Positions 14,701 through 26,300 of a stretch of DNA of 64,000 nucleotides are shown piece by piece (position 1 is the first letter of the stretch; the number at the start of each line of letters is the position of its first letter). A program made the position numbers and the translations under genes. Origin of the DNA: Klebsormidium nitens (taxonomy: Eukaryota; Plantae; Klebsormidiophyceae). The stretch lies in the NCBI GenBank assembly GCA_000708835.1, contig DF237055.1, forward strand, positions 62,001 to 126,000, written 5' to 3'. The notes beneath the pieces are model-generated. The model was not told the origin of the DNA, did no database searches, and saw only the letters and a program-made list of their open reading frames with translations.

Positions 14701-15466
14701 GATCCGTTTGATATTCAAAGCGATGGATGGAAGCGAGCATCGATCGTTGCGTTTGTCAACTTGAAAAGTTAACAGCTTTTCGACCGGGAGCTTGCTTGGA
14801 CGCTTCTTGTGTTCTGCAACGAAATAAGGAGCAGCAAACTAAGATCGGCGTTTTCTGACAAGAAGGCAATCGTTACAGTTTGTAAATATCTTGCCTTTTA
14901 AACTTCTTGATGGCGACAATGCCTCACACACCGAAGGGATTCGAACCAGAAGGGACTCTCACGTCTGTCGCTGAAGTGACCGAGCCACTTCACAACGTTG
15001 GGGCCAATCTTTGAGGCGCTGTCCGTACGTCGGATGAGGCGTTTCGTGACTCTCTTACAAAGACCTGCCTGCTTTTTCTGGGTTCTTACACGCCTACGTC
15101 CAAAACTTCTATGAATGACTTGGTTGAGAAAGTAGTGAAGGAACTACGAAAGAAGGTTGGCTCGGAAACTGTCGCGCTTTTCCGACCTCCTACTGGTATC
15201 TGATCCGCAACATTAGCCTGGAGACCTCTGACCAGAGTCTTACGGGTTTATGGTTGAAGTTGAAACTTCATTTGATGTATCCGCTTTTTGACATGGAAAG
15301 ACAAACGGAAGCGATCGCGGTGCAGGCCGTTCGTGTACTTTTAATCCCTCTGCGGTCCTTTTCTCATATTTGTTTTACTCTACAGCTCGGAGCGGTCAAC
15401 CTGGCGGGGGCCTTTGCAATGTATCAGGCGCTCAACTTTGAAGATAAGAGCGAACGGGACTCGTGA
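11706..15466 (+). CDS. minC: Plastid-targeted MinC-like protein (MinC C-terminal beta-helix domain) fused to a C-terminal ~4-TM domain; exons 11706-12290, 12858-13093, 13595-13826, 14517-14672, 15386-15466
   Basis: The spliced frame gives a Ser-rich transit-peptide-like N-terminus, then RRTVRGGQ...GTVV|VFGDVNRQSVISAGGDIIVWGRLRGEAHAG...ICALDMAPTKLNIA (MinC_C signature), then hydrophobic segments (WAALFTGAYISVVGLAVLLW; GWIRVGGVLAMVFGAYYLG; FYWSTVVGRVFLFTAFCLLV; GLLVLGAVNLAGAFAM). All GT-AG junctions are phase-compatible. Confidence 0.85.
14245..14430 (+). repeat. Two degenerate copies of the MinC-like exon 4 acceptor and exon start
   Basis: gtgcctactatt...cccccctgctgg at ~14270 and ~14397 match the exon starting at 14517. 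Confidence 0.8.
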
Positions 15467-16200
15467 TCTGGAGCCACAAAATCTTGAACGGCCAAGGTCC
15501 AAAGCCCCGCAGTGTATTCGACCTTACTAACACGTACAGTCTGGAATTTGTAAGCTCTCCCCTCAATGTCAGCATCCACTGGATGCCCTTGTATCAACGA
15601 CAAAGCCTTTCTGTCGGGAGAAGCATGGCAACAGTGACTTCGCAAGCTTGAACGGGTGCGTGGAGACGCGCTTATACGGACCATATATGGACGAGAAACA
15701 CGTACGCGAGATGAGTTAAACATGTAAGATCTTTCACAGCTTGTAACTGTACAGATTGCCATGCAATCTGCATTGAAATATGGCCAAACAGTGACAAAGA
15801 GAAAAAGAACTTCATGGTCATTGAATGACGTAATCATTCCTGCACTGTGCGATACTGATTGCCACGTACATAGTCCGAAACTTCTTAATGATACTATCAC
15901 CAAAAGCGGACGGTGCATCCGCTAAGTTCACTTAGCGCTGCGTCAAAGTCGTATTTTGTGATGCCACAGTAGCTCACTAAGATGTCGGTCAGCGCATATC
16001 AGTGACCAGAACTTGCATGAGGCCCCTAGGCCGAAGCATGCAGCAGCCTACAGCTCTTAAGACACATGCAGCTAGATCACCACGGCCCGATCCCCCAGAA
16101 TTGGCCGCGCAGCCACGCCGACTACAATCTTAACATGACAAACTTTGAAAGCTCATACGCCCGGCCGGGCCTGTCCGGTAGGCCGGGCGCGTAGCTAACG

Positions 16201-16690
16201 GTGACGGTACCATCTCTGAAGAACGGTCCATGTACTCGGATCACTCGCCCGACGACACCCTCATTCCGGCGGCGATCGAGACCTTTGGTTGCCTTGGTGG
16301 CCAGTTCGATGGCCTTCTCCGCATGTGCACACAGCGTGCTGCAGCTCTTAGAGTTAGTGATGACTCAGAGTCAGATTGGCGAGGAGGCATCTCGATTGCT
16401 GCGCTATTACAGGCAGCGCATCTCAGTCAGTTTGCAGCGCAGTCAGGCCAGAGCTATTCATCATAGGGCAGCTCGTGCAGCACAGAGCATGTTAGGTGCG
16501 AGGCCGTTAGCGATGTCAGGGTTCGTAGGCCGTGGAGATCTCATTACGGCTGCTGCTTCCGGTCGCATCATTGACATTTTCGAGGTGCTGTGGCACTCAC
16601 TGCTTGACATTGAGTTGGCTTCAATGGCCAACGTTCTATTGTTGATAACGATATTGTTATTGTTATTGTTATTGTTATTGTTATTGTTAC
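16201..16690 (+). mobile_element. Decayed, 5'-truncated 3' end of a non-LTR retrotransposon (RLE/CRE-like) ending in an (ATTGTT)6 tail
   Basis: Overlapping frameshifted peptides LIPAAIETFGCLGGQFDGLLR and RYYRQRISVSLQRSQARAI resemble the F.P.A.ET.G...QR(L/I)S(V)ALQR C-terminus of RLE-type LINE proteins. Six ATTGTT units at 16653-16688. Confidence 0.55.
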
Positions 16691-17077
16691 CATGTTCAAT
16701 GGGCTCACATGTGGTTGATAGGTACTCGCGTGCAAATCGGATGATGAATGGCCCTTGCACGCCAATTGCATATGAAATTTGCCGGATGCGCTGTCTAGTC
16801 CTGACAAGCCCGGCGGCCCCATGCTAGCCGCCAGCCTGTCCGCCTCAGCAACAGAGCTGAGCTCCTGTTCCGTCGATGTTATATTCGCGGAACCCGAGCT
16901 GAGCAGAACGTCGTCCGGTGACCGGACTCCATGAAGGCTAGCGCCATCCTGAGGCCGGCCGACGGCCGCCGCTCCCGCAGCCCGGCGGCCGGGCCCAGGG
17001 CGGCCGCCGGGGGCCGCCGGCGCGCCGCCCCCTCGCGATGTCCGAGCTGACTTCTGAGTTCTCGCCATTCGATAGGC

Positions 17078-17200
17078 ATTGGTTCTTATCGGACGGTACA
17101 GTTGCTGTGTCCAGGCGGTTTTCATTTCAAACGTTTGATTGGTCAGCTGTTCTTGCAAAACCTATCGGCCAATGAAAGTTGAGCACTGCGGTCGTTTGAA
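17078..17200 (+). promoter_or_regulatory. Histone H4 promoter: three CCAAT/ATTGG boxes and CHR-like TTTGAA motifs
   Basis: ATTGG at 17078 and 17138, CCAAT at 17169; TTCAAA at 17126-17131 and GCGG-TCG-TTTGAA at 17188-17200. Confidence 0.45.
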
Positions 17201-17273
17201 TTTGAGACTGTGCCCCTGAAATATCGGTGCTGAAACTTTGATACCTAGCACAGCAGCTTTGCCGCTCGCTTGA

Positions 17274-18083
<810 letters not shown>

Positions 18084-18147
18084 GCAGCATCCTCAACCTG
18101 GATCGGAAGGACCTACCTCAGGTCCTGCCGCCCACAGCAACCAAACT

Positions 18148-18163
18148 GGTGTTTTCTAACACC
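18148..18163 (+). promoter_or_regulatory. Histone 3'-end stem-loop (6-bp stem, 4-nt loop)
   Basis: CCAAACT-GGTGTT-TTCT-AACACC-ACC, 65 nt after the H4 stop. Geometry and flanks match the replication-dependent histone stem-loop. Confidence 0.8.
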
Positions 18164-19662
18164 ACCTTTCTCAGAAACTTATCCAACAGTGCTGTTGCAT
18201 CCTGATACCGAAGCCTGGGATGAGCGATTGACACAGTTGTCTGGTCACCTCAGAGTTTGATGATGCATAGGTCGATCAGGCATTTCTGGAGCAAGGTCCC
18301 CTGGGGGTTATGGATGCTTCATTTTAAGCCGCAGGTCCCTCCTGGCACTTTGTGTAGTGCATTTCCTGTCTCCGGTTTAAGAGTAGATATCAGCTGTAGC
18401 TACAACATGTTTGTTGCAGCATTGTGTGCTTCCAGATGGCCTCGTTGTTTCGGATGTTGTCACCTTAGAGTATTTGGTAATTGTCAGAGTCAACGTGCCT
18501 CTGCCTGATAGAATCTAAAGGTTACTGCCCTACTGGGGTGCCGCAAATGGAGAACGGACTAATGATAGATACCTGTAGCCAAGCAGCAGATCAGACTCTC
18601 ACGTATGCAGTTGGCATACAAAGTGATCTCTTCTTTCTCAAGGCATCACAAGTGCAGGCATGCTAGCCTAAAAAGCTCCAAATGACTATGCTCTGCCCTA
18701 AGTTTTGGTTGCTAAAGCCTTTCACAATTGTAATTGGAGGTGCTCAGAAAGTGCGCACCTGTGGCTGAACTCTTGAGCAATGCAACTCAATTGATTGGGG
18801 GCTTTTAGGGCGAGTACACGTGATTGCTGTTGGTGCTGCGCTTATTGATTCGGCACCAATAAAGTCTACTTCTGGAGGTTTCCAATGATGCAATTGTCTC
18901 CTTGGATACTTTGGCGAATACGTCGGCGCTCATCTATGGATGCATGTAGGACTGACCATCCTTATCTGAGAACGATGGCGTGCAAGCTGCCCTAGGACAG
19001 CTGTCGAATATATGTCTCTCATTTCTTGCCCCTTGGCATCTTGATGCACACTAGCAGTAATTGTAGGTATGCACTCGAATATACGATGTCAATTTAGCAT
19101 GTGGCGATGATGCATACTGTTACCTGTATGGTAACATGAACTGGATCCAGGATTAGATAAAGATCTTAGATCTGGCTGATACTTGCATGCATACACTTGA
19201 TCACTAGCGCGGACTGTTTGCGCTGGAAGTACTAATCTGTGATCGACGGCGGCCTCGCAATGGATCTTGAATCGGGATTGGGTTCAAAGCTATGTAAGGT
19301 CAGACTCGCGCGGTCGACGAGTCAGTAATCAAACATTGAATGCTCATTGTCAACATGCAGATTCAAGGCTTGGCCAATGGATCGCTGCATATCAGTCTGT
19401 ACACTGAACTGTGCTGGACACCAAAAGGATGATCTCGTCCTTATGTTTGTATCGTTGGCGGCCTAATTGTGGAGTACAGATTGCCCCTCAAAAGCCTTTC
19501 GAATGCTTGGTGACTGTTACCGATAGTACGGTTCAAAGCCCTCCGTTTTTGTTTCTATGTTACTATTGTACACAGTAAGGTTACGGCCAGGTTTTAAAAT
19601 CTGCTCTTGACACTTCCGAACTCGGTTATGAAACAGAGCAGATCAAACAAATCGCGCGCGGC

Positions 19663-22600
19663 TTACAACTTCGACGTCATCGAGGCCCCCCCAGCCCACC
19701 CCAACACCGGCGCCCCCATCTCCTCCCCCCCTGAACTTTTGCTTGCCCCTCCACCCCCCGGCAGCACCAAAACCTTCCCCCGAGCCTCTCGCCGCATAAG
19801 CGCCGCAAACGCCTTATGCCCCTCTTCCAGCGAATACTTTTGCGACACCTGTACCTTAATGCTTCCGTCCCGATACCACCCCATCAGTTCCTTCATCGAC
19901 TCGAGCAGCACTTTTGGGGCATGCTGCATGTGCGAACCCCAGTACAAACCGTGCACGGTTACGTTCTTAACCATGACAATGTTCGCCGGGACCGCCGGGA
20001 TCTCCCCGCTCGCAAAACCAATAATCACGATCTGCGCCCCCCATTTCACCACTCGTAGCGCGTCCTTGAACTGCTTCCCCCCCACCGGATCATAAACGAC
20101 GTCCACCCCCTTCGCTCCTCGCTCCTTCAGATACTTTTGCACCTCTTTTCTCAGGTCCGGGGTCTGCGCGGTGTCAACGACGCAGTCTGCGCCCAGCTCG
20201 CGGAGCATTGACGCTTTCTCGCCCCCCTGAGCGACGGCAATCACCGTCGCCCCGACCTTTTTCCCGATCTGAACGGCGGCCGTTCCGACACCCCCGCCGG
20301 CGCCCAGAACTAAAAGCATCTGGCCCGGTTGGAGACGTGCCCGGTAGATGAGTCCCAGATGCGACGTGCCTGCAGGACGAGGTGGTTCATTTGAGTCAGA
20401 GGGTAGTCCATTTAGCTCATGGTTATGGGGGGCGGCGAGGGGAAGCGGAGTGTACAAGCCACTTGTCGGAATCAGTTTTGATACCCTGTTTACAAATCAG
20501 CAAAGATTGCAGAGGAAAAAACCGCTGGACGATTGACACTAACAAGACGATTGGGACCGAGAAGACAAGAGGAAACTCGCTTTGAAGATTGATTGTCCGA
20601 CCAACTACGCGATCCGAAAGATAGCGTATACAGCAGGTCAGAATTGACCTGCCAGCTTCAAACGACTAAGTGGATGTCTCCCTACAAGAGTGGGTGTGAA
20701 TATAACGTATAAGTCTTTGCTTCAAGTTGTTTTGCTTTTTTTGTTCGTTTGGAAAGAGTTGTTTCATTTGTTTCCATCTCTCTCTCTTCGTGTATTCGTC
20801 TCTGATACTCTATACACTTTTGTTTGTTGAGGCGCCAACATCCTACAAGGCAGACTGCAAATCGACAATGTATGTGGTATGCATCAACGGTTGACAATCG
20901 GTTGTCTGAAAGCTTCGTCATCTGCCGGTTCGCCCGCTCTTTCGAGAATTAGGATTGATATCTACCAGTGCGACGTTTTGTGCGCAGAGTCAACATCAGT
21001 TCCGAAACAGAAACAGCTTGTAACCTTGCACTGGCTCTCAATCTGATTGTAGGGGATGCCGCCACTCAACAACGATGTAATCAACCGAAAATTTGAGAGA
21101 AAGAAAGAGACTCGGAAAAAGTGCCGCAGAGTGTTCAACAAAAGGCCAAAATAAAGAGGGTGCAGATGCCTAATCTGAACAGAGCTTCGGCAAAAAAATG
21201 CTGGCGACTGTACTTGACAAATCGTGTTCAGAGCAAAAACCAATGAGAGCCCCTTGGGCCAATACTTCGGTAAGCAGAAAGTGAACTTTGAGTGAACTTT
21301 AATGAGCTTAGAGGCAACAGTTCGAATGGTTCAGATTGTTTCGAACTTGCAAACTACAGCAATGAGAGCGGAATCTATAGCCAGAACCGGTGGGCCCCGA
21401 ACGCTGATTCGAAGGTCGGAATTGGGGGCTCGCATTCAATCTGTTTTCACAAGCAGCCGGAACCCTTTTCAGTCTTCTAATCCTCTCAAGGACAGCAAGT
21501 CTGGCGGGAGGTCACCCGATCAGAAGCAGATTCTAGGCATACTCGAGCCGTCAGGAAACATAAGATGGACACGTTTTGAGAGGAACCATCAGGACTTGTA
21601 TCAGCCAGCTTGCACTGACACGCCATGTTCAACCGCATTATCACATGTCGATCTGAGGCACTTCACGACCAGCCACAGCAAAGACCAAAGGTCAAAGCAA
21701 AAGGAACTGAAAGTTACGCCCATCCCTGCTGTTAATATTTCACTGTCTCTGGGCAAATCGCCAGAGCTGACAACTGCATCACCCCCACTGAACACCCTGA
21801 AACCGTTGGCAACAAAGCGGACTAGATGCGGCGCACGGTCAATCAGACCGAGCGAGAAAACGCACCGAAAGCCACAGGCAACCCCGCAGCCGCCACTTCG
21901 TCGCTTCCAGGGGGTAGGGGGAACACCGCACTCTGGTTGGCCACTGCCTCCTCCGCAAAAGCGCCCCCTCCAAGGAGAACGGCGCAGACCTTGTCGCCTA
22001 CGCGAACTCGGGAAACCTTGGGTCCCACTTCGGTCACAGTTCCGGACACCTGTAAGAAGTATATGAAATGGGGGTTTGATCTGATGGGATTTGGGAGGTT
22101 CATAATGGTTCCAAAATTGGGTTTGATCGGCTTAGTCAGTTCAGGAGTTGTAAGCTTCGATAGAGACAGCGTAAAGCGCTTGAAGAAGAAAAGGAGTAGG
22201 TTTTCACTGAGAACAACCAGGCAGTGACAGCAGGCATAGTCTACGTGGCAGTCTATGTGACAAAAATAAGTGGATTTGATTGCATCTTTCCGTCTAAGGA
22301 CAGCCTTGAGGAAGCCGCCACATGTCCCGCACCAATTAGAAAGCCCCCTGAATTCTGCTCCTCTGAAGACTTAATACCACCATTGCACTGAAGCTTTGCA
22401 CAAGCTTAGATGTGTTAGATGTTTTCGTCAGGAAACCTTGAGCAAAAATGCATGCACGTATACACTTGTCAATCGGAACCATCAAGCGAGAACCCCCTAG
22501 TCTCAGGGTGACCTTCTCAATCTCTCCCTGCACTTCCGCCCACATCTCTTATCAAGAACCACAAACGTAGATTCTTTATTGGAAATTCAACCTAGAAATC

Positions 22601-22821
22601 CTTGCCTCAGAGCCTGGAATGAACGGCAGCGGCAGCTTCTCCTGATACTTCCCCTGCACTAGCAACGTGTCTGCGAAGTTGACACTAGCCGCCGCCACTT
22701 TGATGCGCACCCCATCTTTGGGCAGCTGTGGGGGCTTATGGTTGGTGTCCACCGAGAGGACAGCACCAGGAGCTGGGGGCTGAGTGGGATCCCCCAAGCG
22801 GTTGCACACGAGAGCACGCAT
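19663..22821 (-). CDS. Zeta-crystallin-like NADPH:quinone oxidoreductase (MDR family), peroxisomal PTS1 (-SKL); 3 coding exons
   Basis: MRALVC...VNFADTLLVQGKYQEKLPLPFIPGSE|VSGTVTEVG...AAAGLPVAFG|TSHLGL...LLVLGAGGGVGTAAVQIGK...DVVYDPVGG...MTSKL*. Confidence 0.93.
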
Positions 22822-23313
22822 GGTCCCTAAGTAAATCGTGTGAGCTGAGCAGAGATTCTGACACGGAAGGTCAAGACTCAGAGCTTCGCCTCTGCATGGC
22901 AACAATTTGGCAAACGAAGTTCCACTTCCAAGTACATTTGAAGCCCCAGCCATTTACAGGCTGCTCAGATATGAGATTTCTCCAGAGCAATTTGTCGGAC
23001 CAGTCCCTTTGATCCGGAGCTGTGTCGGCCAGACTTTAGTTGTTAAGGTTTGATCGAACAATTCTCCAGCCCTAATTACCTATTAGTGAAGACGTATCGA
23101 GATATAATCCTCATTTGTCAAATATAGGGATAATATATCAATGCAGCCATTTGAGCTGGGACAGTGTACGCAGAAATACTGAAGTTGGAGGAGGGCGAAG
23201 AGGAGGAGCATCCGCACGACCTGCACCATGCAGCGCTGCCAGATTCACCACCAATTGGGGCTGCTTTAGCAAGCCACATTCTTTCTGCATGTACATACTC
23301 CACTAGTTAACCA

Positions 23314-26300
23314 ATGGCAGCATTGGCCCGCGCGTCCAATGGGTGCTCCACGCTGGCCCTCGCTGCACCCCTCGAGCTCCAAATTCCACAATGCAGCGAG
23401 CGCGCTTTTGTTTCTGGTGGGCACTTCCGCAGACGAAGAAACCCCGCTCGGAATGTGCAAGCGCGCATTCACATGCAGGGCGGGTTGAGCCGAGACGCTC
23501 AAGGTGCGAACGGGCGCAAGCCAATTCTGAGCAGTGAAGAAACCCTTGAGCCGCAGCTTGAGAAGCAGCACCCTAGCAGACGAGACCTCTTGCTTTTGAC
23601 TGGCGCCCTAAGTGTTGCCATCACACAGCCCGCAAGAGCAGAGGATGATGCAGCCCCCCCTAGCGAAGCCCCGTCCGCCGCCCCCCCGGCTGAGAGCCAG
23701 AATGCGCCCCCTCCTCCAGACACGCAGGCATCAATTGAAACGCCCCCCGCAAAGCCCGCAGAGACGCCCCCCCTGGCAGAGAGCGGCGCTGCTAAGGAAA
23801 AACAGGCGCCAAAACCGCCAGGGCCGAACACAACAATCACTGCAAGGGCGTATCTGGACGTGATGGTGTGTCCGGGGGGGACGTCGCGGAGCGACAGAAC
23901 GCTCGGAGATTCGAACAACATCTGCACGGCGGAGAGTGGGGGGGAGATGCTGGGGCGCATTGTGATTGGGCTATATGGAAAGCAGGTGGGCCCCCGGTGT
24001 GACTTGACGGCTTCAGGTTGAGGCGCTAGCGATGGGCATTGCGTGAGCTCTGTGTTTGTTTGGAAGTAAAGCAGATGGGTTGTCTTCTGGTCAGTCTGCT
24101 CGGGCAACATCTCTGAAGTGGAGGGGCGCCGGTCATTGAATGTACTCGAGCGCGACTCGCAGCCATGTTAGATGGCGCCCTGGGGAGACCAAAAAACGTT
24201 TTGTTTCGCTTGTATACTAAGTATCAAATGGTGGTGTGGGGAATTTCGTGCGCCTTGAGTTCTTGAAGTCAAATTGTTTTCATACTTGGTGGTCATCGTT
24301 TCCTACTACTTGGACCGTAAGGTGTTGCCAATCAAAGATCAAGGGCTGGATAAATGCAGTGCAATACAAGGGCCGTGCAACCTGAGATTGGGGAACTCTC
24401 AGGAGAAGGGAGACAAGTCGAATCCCAGAAGTACACACCTCAGTCCCACCCGTTTAGTGGGCCCCTTTCAATGTCACGCTGTTGATAAGGTACATGAAAT
24501 TGACATGAAGTTGACAGCACATGAACTTCCAGAAATTTCTACAGGATAGTTTGACCACTCCTTCTCTGAATCCGCGGGCGTGCTTGTTGAGTTACGAATC
24601 TGTCATACTAACAGTCTTCTTCAAGAAGGACACATCAGAAAAGACAACGTTGTTCCCTTGAGTGGCGAACGAAGAAGTCCAGATAAAGTCCAGATGAAAG
24701 TCAAGATGAAGTATGAGTTCTCCAACTGAGTGATACTCGTTTGACCTTTGTAGGTACCCCGGACGGTAGCCAACTTCATTGCAATGGTGACGGGAGCTTC
24801 TGGGTCTACCTACAAGGGCACGATCTTTCACAAGTGAGCTTGGCTACAGCGCTCTCTTTCCTGTCTACTCAAGCCTTCTGCGCCTTTACAGAGATACATG
24901 GCCCTTACAAGGGAACGATCTTTCTTAAGTGAGCTTGGCAACAGTGCGGCGATCACCAGCACCGTCTCGCTGGGGTTGATCACACTGTCGTAGAAGTATT
25001 GCTAAATCTGCTGTGTCACGAGATTCGAGACCGCGGTGTAAACCGTCAAACCTCAGCATGGCGAATAGCTATTCAAAAGATGCCTAGATGAAGAAGGACG
25101 CCCTGAGGAATCTTATAAAGACGCCCTGAGGAATCTCATACAAACATAATTCCAAATGCTGAAGAAGGCAGCAGCGCTCTCCTTCCTGTATATTCAAGCT
25201 GTTTGCGGTGGGACAGAATTACACGGCCCCCACAAGCAGCGTCTGCAAGGGACTTCTCTCTCACTTATAAAACCCAAGAGGAGCGTTTCGGACCGATAAG
25301 CGCGGTCAGTGGATGGAGAAAGCAAAGCGCTACTGTCTTGTCCTTCTTTTGGCTATCCCTTGGGCTTCTCCCTTGGCTTTGGTCCGTAACTTCTGCCCCC
25401 CTTCACCGGAACCGAACTCGTGGCAAGCAGAGCTATCGGAACTGCTTTTCCTTTCACTTGACAGCTTGCAATGCCATGCCTGCTGAAGGCTTACACATCG
25501 AGGTTGTTCAGACGTCAAGTTGTCTCCAACGAATCCGTTATTTCACGCTGTCTCTGTGCTAGTGGTTTCTTCTTTCTCAATGTCTCCAAACTCTGTCGGA
25601 GCGAGCATCGGACTGTTTGTTCGTTTGCAGTATCATCGAAGGCCAAGACGTCCAGGCGGGCTAGCAGGGTGTCACGTTTGAACTCCACTCGTCAGTTACC
25701 TCCGAAATTGAATCTGCAGGCCAAGGCTTTCAGCAAACAACAGATACATTGCAGATAGTCGACGGCTTCTGTTCGCAGGATCATAGAGGGCCAGTACACT
25801 CAGGCGGGGCGACCTGGTCTTCAGTATTACTTCTCCGTTCCGTCATCCTTCTATGCAGGCAAGGCTCTAGCAATGCAATCAATTAGTTGGATTCACTTTG
25901 ACGGCTTTTGTTCCGCAGGATCATAGAAGGCCAGTACATTCAGGCGGGCAAGCAAGGCTCCCGGTCAGAGGGCCATGTGTTAGCTCCCTCCGCCCTCGAG
26001 AAAAACGGGGAGAGCGTCAAACCGAGCGCATTCGCACTGCCGCACACACGGCCCGGTACGGTCTCGCTATGTCTCGGTGTGAATGACGACGAGGAGGACC
26101 GGAAGCTGAGCGAAGAGTATCGGAACGTGGAGTTCCTCATCACGACGGGTAAGAGCCTGTTCGCATGCAGCCAAAATCGACAGATCCTGGCGGTTCTGGC
26201 CGCAGCCCATCGCCGCATGCGACCAACACTTTGCCAAAAACTGGAAAAGTACAATTGGATCGCGCAATCGTACCCACAAAACTAACAGAATCTGCCTGCT

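Noticed and set aside
16568-17158. 196-aa minus-strand ORF
   Set aside because: It spans the GC-rich H4 upstream region and a microsatellite, is low-complexity, and shows no recognisable domain.
19663-19760. Gly-rich C-terminal extension of the quinone oxidoreductase (internal ASKS before final SKL) as a readthrough or dual-targeting device
   Set aside because: There is no internal stop codon or plausible alternative splice; a plain linker before PTS1 explains it.
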